A program made the translations under genes and the position numbers. Below the pieces are notes generated by a model. The model was given only the letters and a program-made list of their open reading frames with translations. It did not search any database and was not told where the DNA came from. From NCBI RefSeq assembly GCF_988243305.1, contig NZ_OZ547136.1: DNA of 64,000 nucleotides; one strand, written 5' to 3'. Shown piece by piece: positions 1 to 13,248 of the stretch; position 1 is the first letter of the stretch, and each line of letters starts with the position of its first letter.

Positions 1-509
1 AGCGGGTTTTCTCGCTGATGATCATCAGTAACCAGTTCAATGCTATCGCCGTGCTCTTCGCGCCACTCATCGTAGGAGAAGAGCTGGCTGTTATTGGTGT
101 CGAGCAACATTTGGCGATAATCGGCAATATCGATCCCTAAACGTTCCGCTACCTCAGTTTCCGTGGCGTTACGGCCAAGTTCCTGCTCCAGTTGCCCTAT
201 TGCCTGTGCCACTTCACGCGCGTTGCGTCGCACGCTGCGCGGCACCCAGTCACGGCTGCGAAGTTCATCCAGCATAGCGCCACGTATACGCTGCACTGCG
301 TAAGTTGTAAATGCCGTTCCTTGTAGGGCGTCATAGCGTTCGACGGCATTAAGTAACCCAATGCCGCCCGCCTGTAGCAGATCGTCAAGTTCCACGCTCG
401 CGGGCAGTCGAACCTGCAGGCGCAATGCTTCGTGACGCACCAGCGGGACATAACGCTGCCACAGCGAGTGTTTATCCATTACACCTTCAGCGGTATAGAG
501 TGAATTCAC
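1..509 (-). CDS. fliA: RNA polymerase sigma-28 factor FliA, N-terminal part (3' end lies beyond the window start); GTG start at 509
   Basis: Minus-strand translation reads V/MNSLYTAEGVMDKHSLWQRYVPLVRHEALRLQVRLPASVELDDLLQAGGIGLLNAVERYDALQGTAFTTYAVQRIRGAMLDELRSRDWVPRSV..., recognised as FliA; absent from the ORF track because it has no in-window stop. Confidence 0.85.
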   Translation of the reverse strand, partial: MNSLYTAEGVMDKHSLWQRYVPLVRHEALRLQVRLPASVELDDLLQAGGIGLLNAVERYDALQGTAFTTYAVQRIRGAMLDELRSRDWVPRSVRRNAREVAQAIGQLEQELGRNATETEVAERLGIDIADYRQMLLDTNNSQLFSYDEWREEHGDSIELVTDDHQRENP

Positions 510-631
510 GATAAACAGCCCTGCGTTATATGAGTTATCGGCATGATTATCCGTTTCTGCAGGGTTTTTAATCGGACGATTAGTGGGTGAAATGAGGGGT
601 TATTTGGGGGTTACCGGTAAATTGCGGACAG

Positions 632-657
632 AAAAAACCCCGCCGTTGGCGGGGTTT
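632..657 (-). terminator. Rho-independent terminator downstream of fliC
   Basis: GC hairpin ccccgccgttggcgggg (638-654) followed on the minus strand by a U-run (A-run 632-637 on plus), just 3' of the fliC stop. Confidence 0.7.
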
Positions 658-673
658 GAGCGATAAGTGTAAA

Positions 674-2134
674 TTAACGCAGCAGAGACAGTACGTTCTG
701 CGTGGTCTGGTTAGCCTGCGCCAGAACAGAGGTACCCGCTTGTTGCAGGATCTGCGCACGAGACATGTTAGACACTTCGGTCGCGTAGTCAGCATCTTCG
801 ATACGGCTACGGGCAGAAGACAGGTTGTTTACGGTGTTGCCAAGGTTGGTGATAGCAGAGTCGAAACGGTTTTGTACTGCACCGAGGTCAGAACGCAGAT
901 TGTCAACTTTAGCCAATGCCTTGTCGATGGTTTCGAGCGGGTTGGTAGTAGATTGCAACGATTTTGCTGCATCTTCTTTTACCAGAATCGGGCTACCACC
1001 TTCTGATTTGCTCAGATACATAGTTTTGCCAAGCCCAGTTACTGTCTTACCATCAGCGCTAACTTCATAATCAGCGCCATTTACAACTAAAGAACTACCC
1101 ACTTTTTTAGCGTTATTTAAGTCCAGATCCGATGCTGTAGCGGCTTTGTTTTCAACCTTAGTTGTAGTGAACTGACCTGCACTATTTTTGTAAACAGGAT
1201 CAGACGTTTTTAATGTTGCGTCCTTCCCTGTCGCATCAATAGTAAAGGTTACATCTTTGCCATCAATATTAGCGGTTAGAGTGCCGTTACCACTGCCATC
1301 AAATGCATCAGTGCCTTTGTTGGTGAAAGTAATACCTTGGTATTTAATTGAGGCATCTTTAGCTAAAGAAACTGCGGCTTTTGCAAGCCCAGTCGCATCA
1401 ATACCTGTACCACCGACTTTTGTATCACTCTTAGTAGTCAGAGAACCATCGGTAGCGCTAACAAAAATTGCGTCACCATCCTCATTTTGAACTGCTCCAC
1501 TATCTACATTAACAGTATAGTTATCAGTACCGTTAATTTGATAATTATCAGTACCTGTCGCTTTAAATTTAGAAATCAGGTCACTGCCAGTTGCTTTCTG
1601 CGCGCCATCGATATTAAAGCCGTCCAGGCCGAGAGTTTTCGCATCAATTTTTGCCAGATTGATAGTGATGGTTTCCCCATCATTAGCACCAACCTGAATT
1701 TTCATTTCATTATTTTCGGCAAGGACTTTCACGCCGTTAAACTGAGTTTGCTCAGATACACGGTCAATTTCTTCCAGACGTTGAGTAATTTCTGCCTGAA
1801 TAGAAGAAAGATCGCTGTCAGAGTTAGTACCGTTAGTTGCCTGAACAGTCAGTTCACGTACACGCTGCAGGTTGTTGTTAATTTCATTCAGCGCACCTTC
1901 AGTAGTCTGCGCAACAGAAATACCATCATTCGCGTTACGGGAAGCCTGAGTCAGACCTTTAATATTTGCCGTAAAACGGTTAGCAATCGCCTGACCTGCT
2001 GCGTCATCTTTAGCACTGTTAATACGCAGGCCAGAAGAGAGACGCTCAATAGCAGAGCTAAGAGAAGACTGAGATTTGTTCAGGTTATTCTGGGTCAACA
2101 GCGACAGGCTGTTTGTATTAATGACTTGTGCCAT
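674..2134 (-). CDS. fliC: Flagellin, 486 aa
   Basis: Conserved flagellin N-terminus MAQVINTNSLSLLTQNNLNKSQSSLSSAIERLSSGLRINSAKDDAAGQAIANRFT and C-terminus ...TTQNVLSLLR, with a variable central domain. Confidence 0.95.
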   Translation of the reverse strand: MAQVINTNSLSLLTQNNLNKSQSSLSSAIERLSSGLRINSAKDDAAGQAIANRFTANIKGLTQASRNANDGISVAQTTEGALNEINNNLQRVRELTVQATNGTNSDSDLSSIQAEITQRLEEIDRVSEQTQFNGVKVLAENNEMKIQVGANDGETITINLAKIDAKTLGLDGFNIDGAQKATGSDLISKFKATGTDNYQINGTDNYTVNVDSGAVQNEDGDAIFVSATDGSLTTKSDTKVGGTGIDATGLAKAAVSLAKDASIKYQGITFTNKGTDAFDGSGNGTLTANIDGKDVTFTIDATGKDATLKTSDPVYKNSAGQFTTTKVENKAATASDLDLNNAKKVGSSLVVNGADYEVSADGKTVTGLGKTMYLSKSEGGSPILVKEDAAKSLQSTTNPLETIDKALAKVDNLRSDLGAVQNRFDSAITNLGNTVNNLSSARSRIEDADYATEVSNMSRAQILQQAGTSVLAQANQTTQNVLSLLR

Positions 2135-2203
2135 GATCTTTTCCTTATCAATTACAACTTGATGTTATTGGGCTGTTGCCCACGGTTTCTCACCGTACCC
2201 CTT

Positions 2204-2230
2204 GTATCGGCACCTGAATTTCGAACTTTA
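2204..2230 (-). promoter_or_regulatory. Sigma-28 (class 3) promoter of fliC
   Basis: On the minus strand TAAAGTTC, 11-nt spacer, GCCGATAC, close to the TAAAGTTT-N11-GCCGATAA consensus, upstream of the fliC start. Confidence 0.65.
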
Positions 2231-2323
2231 GAAAATTTTAGTTTCTCTCCTGTTTTTTCTTAACGGCTGAAATATCCGTAATATACAACTCTACTCTGCG
2301 CATCATCTTCGTGAATCAACTAT

Positions 2324-2350
2324 TAAACTTTGCGCACAAATTGCCGATAA
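2324..2350 (+). promoter_or_regulatory. Sigma-28 (class 3) promoter of fliD
   Basis: TAAACTTT, 11-nt spacer, GCCGATAA, about 40 nt upstream of the fliD ATG. Confidence 0.7.
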
Positions 2351-2388
2351 CCCGCTTATCTACTGTTTGCAATCAAAAGGAATTAGGT

Positions 2389-3801
2389 ATGGCTTCATTT
2401 ACATCTCTTGGCGTTGGTTCGAATCTGCCGCTGGATACATTGCTAAACAACCTGACCATCGCTGAAAAAAAACGCTTAAACCCAATTACTCAGCAACAGA
2501 GTGACAACACCGCACGTCTGACAGCCTATGGCACATTAAAAAGTGCATTAGAAAAATTCCAGACTGCAAATACTGCGTTAAATAAAGCCGATCTGTTCAA
2601 AAGCACTACCGTTACCAGTAGCAATGAAGACCTTAAAGTTTCCACCGAAGCAGGTGCTGCCCCCGGTATCTATACCATCAGCGTAACCCAACTGGCGCAG
2701 GCGCAATCTTTACGAACTGATTCCCCGACAATCATTGCATCAACAAAAGATGCACTGGGTGATGAGTCATCAGATACACGCACAATAAAAATTACCCAAG
2801 ACGGCCGTAAAGAGCCGCTGGAAATCAAGCTCAATAAAGATCAGACGTCATTGGATGAGATCAGCAAAACCATTAACGATGCCGATAGTGGAATTTCCGC
2901 TAGTATCGTTAAAGTCAAAGATGGTGACTATCAATTGGTATTGACCGCCAGTGAAGGTCTGGCCAATAAAATGACCATATCTGTTGAGGGTGACAGTAAA
3001 TTAAATGATCTGCTGGCTTATGACAGCAAGACCAACACCGGGAATATGAAGGAACTGGTTAACGCGCAAAATGCACAGCTAAACGTTAACGGTATCGATA
3101 TTGAACGTTCAAGTAACAAAATTACCGATGCTCCTCAGGGAGTGACTCTCGATTTGACCAAAAAAGTCACTGACGTCCGGGTCACGGTGACAAAAAGCAA
3201 CGATAAAGCAACCGAAGCAATTAAAGGCTGGGTGGATTCATATAACTCCCTCATTGACACCTTTAACACCCTGACAAAATATAAAGAAGTAGACCCAGGT
3301 GCTGAAGCACAAGATAAAAATAATGGTGCACTTCTCGGAGACAGCGTTGTACGTACAATTCAAAGCGGCATCCGCGCACAATTTGCAAACGGTGCCAGCG
3401 ACGGTGCCTTCAAAACATTAAACGAGATCGGGATTAAGCAGGACGGCACGACGGGTAAGCTGAAAATTGATGATGATAAACTCAAAAAAGTCCTGAATGA
3501 AAATACAGCATCCGTACGTGAATTGCTGGTAGGCGATGGTAAAGAAACAGGAATTACCACCAAAATTGCCACCGAGGTAAAAGGTTACCTTGCCGATGAT
3601 GGCATTATTGATAGCGCACAGGACAGTATTAACGCCACACTGAAAAAACTAACCAAACAGTATCTATCCGTCAGTGCCAGCATTGATGACACCGTGGCGC
3701 GTTACACTGCACAGTTTACGCAATTAGATACCATGATGAGCAAACTGAATAACACCAGTACCTATCTCAGCCAACAATTTACTGCAATGAGTAATTCCTG
3801 A
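2389..3801 (+). CDS. fliD: Flagellar filament capping protein FliD
   Basis: ATG at 2389 gives MASFTSLGVGSNLPLDTLL...; size and position after fliC match FliD; the track ORF from 2311 is an upstream extension. Confidence 0.9.
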   Translation: MASFTSLGVGSNLPLDTLLNNLTIAEKKRLNPITQQQSDNTARLTAYGTLKSALEKFQTANTALNKADLFKSTTVTSSNEDLKVSTEAGAAPGIYTISVTQLAQAQSLRTDSPTIIASTKDALGDESSDTRTIKITQDGRKEPLEIKLNKDQTSLDEISKTINDADSGISASIVKVKDGDYQLVLTASEGLANKMTISVEGDSKLNDLLAYDSKTNTGNMKELVNAQNAQLNVNGIDIERSSNKITDAPQGVTLDLTKKVTDVRVTVTKSNDKATEAIKGWVDSYNSLIDTFNTLTKYKEVDPGAEAQDKNNGALLGDSVVRTIQSGIRAQFANGASDGAFKTLNEIGIKQDGTTGKLKIDDDKLKKVLNENTASVRELLVGDGKETGITTKIATEVKGYLADDGIIDSAQDSINATLKKLTKQYLSVSASIDDTVARYTAQFTQLDTMMSKLNNTSTYLSQQFTAMSNS

Positions 3802-3815
3802 TCACGGAGGTCAGC

Positions 3816-4226
3816 ATGTATACCGCGAGCGGCTCAAAAGCCTATGCACAAATTGGCGTCGAAAGCGCCGTAATGAGCGCCAGCCAGCAGCAGCTGGTCA
3901 CCATGCTATTTGATGGAGTGCTGAGCGCACTGGTTAGAGCGCGCCTGTTTATGCAGGACAACAATCAGCAAGGCAAAGGCGTCTCTTTGTCAAAAGCGAT
4001 CAACATCATTGAGAACGGACTGCGGGTGAGTCTTGATGAAGAGAGCAAAGACGAATTAACCCAAAACTTGATTGCTCTTTATAGCTATATGGTCAGGCGC
4101 TTGCTGCAAGCCAATTTACGCAACGATGTCTCCGCAGTCGAAGAAGTGGAAGCATTAATGCGTAATATTGCCGATGCCTGGAAAGAGTCGTTACTCTCCC
4201 CTTCTTTGATTCAGGACCCAGTCTGA
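3816..4226 (+). CDS. fliS: Flagellin-specific chaperone FliS
   Basis: 136 aa [34 protein letters not shown]...; fliDST operon position. Confidence 0.92.
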   Translation: MYTASGSKAYAQIGVESAVMSASQQQLVTMLFDGVLSALVRARLFMQDNNQQGKGVSLSKAINIIENGLRVSLDEESKDELTQNLIALYSYMVRRLLQANLRNDVSAVEEVEALMRNIADAWKESLLSPSLIQDPV

Positions 4227-4591
4227 TGAACCATGCACCGCATTTGTATTTCGCCTGGCAACAACTCGTCGAAAAAAGCCAGCTCATGTTACGCCTGGCA
4301 ACGGAAGAACAATGGGAAGAACTCATCGCCAGCGAAATGGCGTATGTGAATGCGGTGCAGGAGATTGCACATCTGACTGAAGAGATTGACCCGTCCACCA
4401 CGATGCAGGAGCAGCTCCGCCCGATGCTGCGCCTGATTCTCGACAACGAAAGCAAGGTAAAGCAGTTATTACAGATTCGGATGGATGAACTGGCGAAACT
4501 GGTCGGTCAGTCATCGGTGCAAAAATCGGTGTTAAGTGCCTATGGCGATCAGGGCGGCTTTGTGCTGGCTCCGCAGGATAACCTCTTTTGA
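4226..4591 (+). CDS. fliT: Flagellar chaperone and anti-FlhDC factor FliT
   Basis: 121 aa [33 protein letters not shown]...; start overlaps the fliS stop. Confidence 0.9.
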   Translation: MNHAPHLYFAWQQLVEKSQLMLRLATEEQWEELIASEMAYVNAVQEIAHLTEEIDPSTTMQEQLRPMLRLILDNESKVKQLLQIRMDELAKLVGQSSVQKSVLSAYGDQGGFVLAPQDNLF

Positions 4592-4668
4592 ATCTGAACG
4601 AGTCGATGGCTCGCGAATAATCCGATTACGGCTACGCTTCTAATGTTCCCCTTGAATGGAGTCGAAGA

Positions 4669-6156
4669 ATGCGTAATCCCACGCTGTTACAATGTTTTCA
4701 CTGGTATTACCCGGAAGGCGGTAAGCTCTGGCCTGAACTGGCCGAGCGCGCCGACGGTTTTAATGATATTGGTATCAATATGGTCTGGTTGCCGCCCGCC
4801 TATAAAGGCGCATCGGGCGGGTATTCGGTCGGCTACGACTCCTATGATTTATTTGATTTAGGCGAGTTTGATCAGAAAGGCAGCATCCCTACTAAATATG
4901 GCGATAAAGCACAACTGCTGGCCGCCATTGACGCTCTGAAACGTAATGACATTGCGGTGCTGTTGGACGTGGTAGTCAACCACAAAATGGGCGCGGATGA
5001 AAAAGAAGCTATTCGCGTGCAGCGTGTAAATGCTGATGACCGTACGCAAATTGACGAAGAAATCATAGAGTGCAAAGGCTGGACGCGTTACACCTTCCCC
5101 GCCCGTGCCGGGCAATACTCGCAGTTTATCTGGGATTTCAAATGTTTTAGCGGTATCGACCATATCGAAAACCCTGATGAAGATGGCATTTTTAAAATTG
5201 TTAACGACTACACCGGTGAAGGCTGGAACGATCAGGTTGATGATGAACTCGGTAATTTCGATTATCTGATGGGTGAGAATATCGATTTCCGCAATCATGC
5301 CGTGACGGAAGAGATTAAATACTGGGCGCGCTGGGTGATGGAACAAACACAATGCGACGGTTTTCGTCTTGATGCGGTCAAACATATTCCGGCGTGGTTT
5401 TATAAAGAGTGGATCGAACACGTACAGGAAGTTGCGCCAAAGCCGCTGTTTATTGTGGCGGAGTACTGGTCGCATGAAGTCGATAAACTGCAAACGTATA
5501 TTGATCAGGTGGAAGGCAAAACCATGCTGTTCGATGCGCCGCTGCAGATGAAATTCCATGAAGCATCGCGCATGGGGCGCGACTACGACATGACGCAGAT
5601 TTTCACGGGTACATTAGTGGAAGCCGATCCTTTCCACGCCGTGACGCTCGTTGCCAATCACGACACCCAACCGTTGCAAGCCCTCGAAGCGCCGGTCGAA
5701 CCGTGGTTTAAACCGCTGGCGTATGCCTTAATTTTGTTGCGGGAAAATGGCGTTCCTTCGGTATTCTATCCGGACCTCTACGGTGCGCATTACGAAGATG
5801 TCGGTGGTGACGGGCAAACCTATCCGATAGATATGCCAATAATCGAACAGCTTGATGAGTTAATTCTCGCCCGTCAGCGTTTCGCCCACGGTGTACAGAC
5901 GTTATTTTTCGACCATCCGAACTGCATTGCCTTTAGTCGCAGTGGCACTGACGAATATCCCGGCTGCGTGGTGGTCATGTCGAACGGGGATGATGGCGAA
6001 AAAACCATTCATCTGGGAGAGAATTACGGCAATAAAACCTGGCGTGATTTTCTGGGGAATCGGCAAGAGAGCGTAGTGACCGACGAAAACGGCGAAGCGA
6101 CCTTCTTTTGCAACGGCGGCAGCGTCAGCGTGTGGGTTATCGAAGAGGTGATTTAA
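4669..6156 (+). CDS. amyA: Cytoplasmic alpha-amylase
   Basis: 495 aa GH13-type sequence (…[14 protein letters not shown]…[11 protein letters not shown]…) in the conserved position after fliT. Confidence 0.9.
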   Translation: MRNPTLLQCFHWYYPEGGKLWPELAERADGFNDIGINMVWLPPAYKGASGGYSVGYDSYDLFDLGEFDQKGSIPTKYGDKAQLLAAIDALKRNDIAVLLDVVVNHKMGADEKEAIRVQRVNADDRTQIDEEIIECKGWTRYTFPARAGQYSQFIWDFKCFSGIDHIENPDEDGIFKIVNDYTGEGWNDQVDDELGNFDYLMGENIDFRNHAVTEEIKYWARWVMEQTQCDGFRLDAVKHIPAWFYKEWIEHVQEVAPKPLFIVAEYWSHEVDKLQTYIDQVEGKTMLFDAPLQMKFHEASRMGRDYDMTQIFTGTLVEADPFHAVTLVANHDTQPLQALEAPVEPWFKPLAYALILLRENGVPSVFYPDLYGAHYEDVGGDGQTYPIDMPIIEQLDELILARQRFAHGVQTLFFDHPNCIAFSRSGTDEYPGCVVVMSNGDDGEKTIHLGENYGNKTWRDFLGNRQESVVTDENGEATFFCNGGSVSVWVIEEVI

Positions 6157-6159
6157 ATT

Positions 6160-6188
6160 CATCCCCGGCGGCAAGCCGGGGAGATTTC
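6160..6188. terminator. Hairpin between convergent amyA and yedD, probable bidirectional terminator
   Basis: Inverted repeat ccccggc-ggcaa-gccgggg immediately after the amyA stop and before the yedD stop. Confidence 0.5.
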
Positions 6189-6189
6189 A

Positions 6190-6606
6190 TTACGGCAGTG
6201 GCGTCGGTAACGGCGCTTTATCCAGCGCGGCGGCACACTCTGCCGTCGGGCGATCCACACGCTCCATCGTCATACCATCGTACTCAATGGTGTTACCGTC
6301 ACGCTCAACCTCGTACAGCTCACGTTTTACGGTAACGTTAGTGAGATCATCAGACATCAATGTCAACTTGCCCGGCACGGCAATCACCCGCTGCCACTGA
6401 CGGCAATCCAGGGTATCGCCCTCTTTAGTGACAATCAGGCTGCCTATCGCTTCCGGACTGACCAGCGCACGTTGCGGCCCTTTGGTCTGCCAGTAGCCCG
6501 CCAGCCAGTCCGGCGCGGGGGTTTTCACGACATTGTTATAGTTTTCGACTTCGGCACAGCCCGCCAGCAACATGAGCGCGCCTGCAATTGCGAGTTTTTT
6601 CATCAT
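6190..6606 (-). CDS. yedD: Lipoprotein YedD
   Basis: Lipoprotein signal peptide with lipobox MMKKLAIAGALMLLAGC; 138 aa. Confidence 0.85.
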   Translation of the reverse strand: MMKKLAIAGALMLLAGCAEVENYNNVVKTPAPDWLAGYWQTKGPQRALVSPEAIGSLIVTKEGDTLDCRQWQRVIAVPGKLTLMSDDLTNVTVKRELYEVERDGNTIEYDGMTMERVDRPTAECAAALDKAPLPTPLP

Positions 6607-6789
6607 TCGTCCTGCATGAGAAGAAAAGAGGATTGTGGCATTAAAGCCCTGATGTCGCCAGCCTTTCCAGGTTCAGAGAGAAATTTGATCTAACTATTAT
6701 TTTTGTGAATTATTACCCCGAAAATAAATTTGCATGATGTATGATTCGCGATTCTTGTTTCAAACCTTCTGAGTTCAGAGGCTACATTC

Positions 6790-7995
6790 ATGTCATGGCA
6801 GCAATTCAAACACGCCTGGTTGATTAAATTCTGGGCACCCATCCCTGCGGTCATCGCGGCGGGTATTCTCTCCACTTACTATTTTGGCATTACTGGCACC
6901 TTTTGGGCTGTCACGGGTGAATTTACCCGTTGGGGCGGTCAGCTCCTGCAGCTGTTTGGCGTCCATGCTGAAGAGTGGGGTTATTTTAAAATTATCCATC
7001 TGGAAGGATCGCCATTAACCCGCATCGACGGGATGATGATCCTCGGCATGTTTGGCGGCTGCTTTGCCGCAGCGCTGTGGGCCAACAATGTCAAACTGCG
7101 CATGCCGCGCAGCCGTATCCGCATTATGCAGGCCATTATTGGCGGCATTATCGCCGGTTTTGGCGCGCGTCTGGCAATGGGCTGTAACCTGGCGGCGTTC
7201 TTTACCGGCATTCCTCAGTTCTCGCTGCATGCCTGGTTCTTTGCCATCGCCACTGCCATTGGTTCATGGTTTGGCGCGCGCTTTACCCTGCTGCCCATCT
7301 TCCGTATTCCCGTGAAAATGCAGAAAGTTTCTGCCGCCTCACCGCTGACGCAAAAACCGGATCAGGCGCGGCGTCGTTTTCGTCTCGGGATGCTGGTCTT
7401 TTTCGGCATGCTGGGCTGGGCGCTGCTCACGGCGATGAACCAACCCAAACTGGGGCTGGCAATGCTGTTTGGCGTCGGCTTTGGTTTACTGATTGAACGT
7501 GCGCAAATCTGCTTTACTTCGGCGTTCCGCGATATGTGGATCACCGGACGTACCCATATGGCGAAAGCAATCATTATCGGTATGGCGGTGAGTGCCATCG
7601 GGATCTTCAGTTACGTACAGTTAGGCGTTGAACCCAAAATCATGTGGGCGGGACCAAACGCGGTAATTGGTGGTTTACTGTTTGGTTTTGGCATCGTGCT
7701 GGCAGGCGGCTGCGAAACCGGCTGGATGTACCGCGCGGTAGAAGGCCAGGTGCACTACTGGTGGGTCGGTCTGGGCAATGTGATCGGCTCGACGATTCTG
7801 GCGTATTACTGGGATGATTTCGCTCCGGCGCTGGCCACCGACTGGGACAAAATCAACTTGCTGAAAACCTTTGGCCCGATGGGTGGCCTGCTGGTGACAT
7901 ATTTGCTGTTGTTTACTGCGCTGATGTTGATTATCGGCTGGGAAAAACGCTTCTTCCGCCGTGCGGCACCGCAGACTGCTAAGGAGATCGCATGA
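6790..7995 (+). CDS. yedE: YedE/YeeE family inner-membrane transporter-like protein (sulfur/selenium related)
   Basis: 401-aa polytopic membrane protein, translationally coupled to downstream yedF. Confidence 0.85.
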   Translation: MSWQQFKHAWLIKFWAPIPAVIAAGILSTYYFGITGTFWAVTGEFTRWGGQLLQLFGVHAEEWGYFKIIHLEGSPLTRIDGMMILGMFGGCFAAALWANNVKLRMPRSRIRIMQAIIGGIIAGFGARLAMGCNLAAFFTGIPQFSLHAWFFAIATAIGSWFGARFTLLPIFRIPVKMQKVSAASPLTQKPDQARRRFRLGMLVFFGMLGWALLTAMNQPKLGLAMLFGVGFGLLIERAQICFTSAFRDMWITGRTHMAKAIIIGMAVSAIGIFSYVQLGVEPKIMWAGPNAVIGGLLFGFGIVLAGGCETGWMYRAVEGQVHYWWVGLGNVIGSTILAYYWDDFAPALATDWDKINLLKTFGPMGGLLVTYLLLFTALMLIIGWEKRFFRRAAPQTAKEIA

Positions 7996-8225
7996 AAAAT
8001 ATCGTTCCTGATTACCGCCTTGATATGGTGGGTGAACCCTGCCCTTATCCGGCAGTCGCAACTCTTGAGGCGATGCCGCAGTTAAAAAAAGGGGAAATCC
8101 TGGAAGTGGTGAGCGACTGTCCACAGTCGATCAATAATATTCCACTGGATGCGCGTAATCACGGCTATACGGTGCTGGATATTCAGCAAGACGGGCCGAC
8201 CATTCGTTATTTAATTCAGAAGTAA
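7992..8225 (+). CDS. yedF: TusA-like sulfurtransferase family protein YedF
   Basis: 77 aa containing the CPYP motif (VGEPCPYPAVATLEAM); overlaps the yedE stop. Confidence 0.85.
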   Translation: MKNIVPDYRLDMVGEPCPYPAVATLEAMPQLKKGEILEVVSDCPQSINNIPLDARNHGYTVLDIQQDGPTIRYLIQK

Positions 8226-8331
8226 TCCCTCATTCCCGCTGTGGCCCACAGCGGGAACATCGTTGCCTCTGACACATAGATTTTACCCGCCCCCTCTCCT
8301 ATTCTTTTCAGTATGATCTCAGGAGGTTTCT

Positions 8332-9000
8332 ATGTGTGGACGCTTTGCCCAATCCCAAACGCGTGAAGATTACCTTGCGCTTCTCGCGGAAGATATTGAA
8401 CGCGATATTCCCTACGATCCCGAACCCATTGGCAGATACAACGTCGCGCCGGGAACCAAAGTTCTTCTGCTCAGTGAACGTGATGAACACCTTCATCTGG
8501 ATCCGGTTTTCTGGGGATATGCTCCCGGATGGTGGGATAAACCGCCGCTGATTAACGCCCGCGTAGAAACTGCGGCCACCAGTCGTATGTTTAAACCGCT
8601 CTGGCAACATGGTCGGGCAATCTGTTTTGCCGATGGCTGGTTTGAGTGGAAAAAAGAAGGCGACAAAAAACAGCCTTATTTTATCTATCGCGCTGATGGA
8701 CAACCTGTTTTTATGGCCGCGATAGGTAGCACACCGTTTGAGCGCGGTGACGAAGCCGAAGGATTTTTAATTGTCACTGCAGCAGCAGACCAGGGTCTGG
8801 TAGATATTCATGACCGCCGCCCGCTGGTTCTGTCGCCAGAAGCTGCACAGGAATGGATGCGGCAAGAGATTGGCGGTAAAGAAGCATCAGAAATTGCTAC
8901 CAACGGCTGTGTGCCAGCAAACCAGTTCACCTGGCACCCGGTATCGCGCGCGGTGGGTAATATCAAAAACCAGGGAGCGGAGTTAATTCAACCGGTTTGA
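8332..9000 (+). CDS. yedK: SOS-response associated peptidase (SRAP) YedK, abasic-site processing protein
   Basis: 222 aa starting MCGRFAQ with the catalytic Cys2, a SRAP/HMCES hallmark. Confidence 0.9.
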   Translation: MCGRFAQSQTREDYLALLAEDIERDIPYDPEPIGRYNVAPGTKVLLLSERDEHLHLDPVFWGYAPGWWDKPPLINARVETAATSRMFKPLWQHGRAICFADGWFEWKKEGDKKQPYFIYRADGQPVFMAAIGSTPFERGDEAEGFLIVTAAADQGLVDIHDRRPLVLSPEAAQEWMRQEIGGKEASEIATNGCVPANQFTWHPVSRAVGNIKNQGAELIQPV

Positions 9001-9393
9001 TAAGCCAGGAGACTATTGATCAATAATACTGCGTCATAAGAAATCTCTATTAGACAAAGTAGACGCTCCTTCCACATGCGCCACAAGAAACCTCTATTCC
9101 AGTGACACAATTACGCCTGATTATTTCCCTAGCCCGGAATATGAATAAAAACATCAACAAAGATTAAATTATTCAAACGTTACTGTTGCGTCTGCGGTCG
9201 TAGCAACATTCGACGTGGTGATGAGTGTTAAAAGAGACACTCTGATGTTCAGAGGGGTTATCGCGTTTACGGATCGTGGATGGCAGAAAACTTTCAGGAT
9301 CAGGTATCCATTTTAAACCAGAAATTGAGTGAGTTTGCCCCATCCATGCCCCAAGCGGTGAGATTGGAAGTAATTAACAACAGGTTACAAAAC

Positions 9394-9708
9394 CTACACC
9401 TGCATGGACATCACTTCCTGATACGCCGCCACCAGCTTATTACGCACCTGAATCCCCATTTGCATAGAAACTGAGGCTTTTTGCATATCGGTCATCACAT
9501 CGTTTAACGCCACGCCGGGTTCACCGAGGGTGAATTTTTCTGCCTGCGTGCGGGCAGCTGTTTGTGTATCGCTAATGCGATCGAGCGCGGCGTGCAGCTG
9601 CCCGGCAAAACTAATGGTCGGTTGCGGCAGTGAATCCTGCGCACGCGCACTCATCGCCGTAGCCTGTAACTGGCTGATAACCCCTTCAATCCCCTGTATC
9701 GCTGACAT
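9394..9708 (-). CDS. fliE: Flagellar hook-basal body protein FliE
   Basis: 104 aa from the internal [27 protein letters not shown]...; divergent from fliF. Confidence 0.9.
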
Positions 9709-9922
9709 TTTCGTCTCCTGGATAATTTCTGTTAGCAAAGCCTACCAGTAAGTCAATAAGACAAAGGCGCTAAATAGCAACAAAAAAACGGGTTTATTGG
9801 CGGATAGAAAAAAACGAAAGCACAAATAATGGCAGCGTCAATTTTTCGAGTTTGCTGACCCGGGAGTGAGTCTTGTTCCACTTTGCCAATAACGCCGTCC
9901 ATAATCAGCCACGAGGTGCGCG

Positions 9923-13247
<3,325 letters not shown>

Positions 13248-13248
<1 letters not shown>

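Noticed and set aside
1487-2263. 258-aa plus-strand ORF
   Set aside because: Lies antisense within fliC; low-complexity Ile/Ser/Phe-rich translation typical of the reverse frame of a real gene.
4858-5559. 233-aa minus-strand ORF
   Set aside because: Antisense within amyA, which has clear glycoside-hydrolase motifs in the sense frame.
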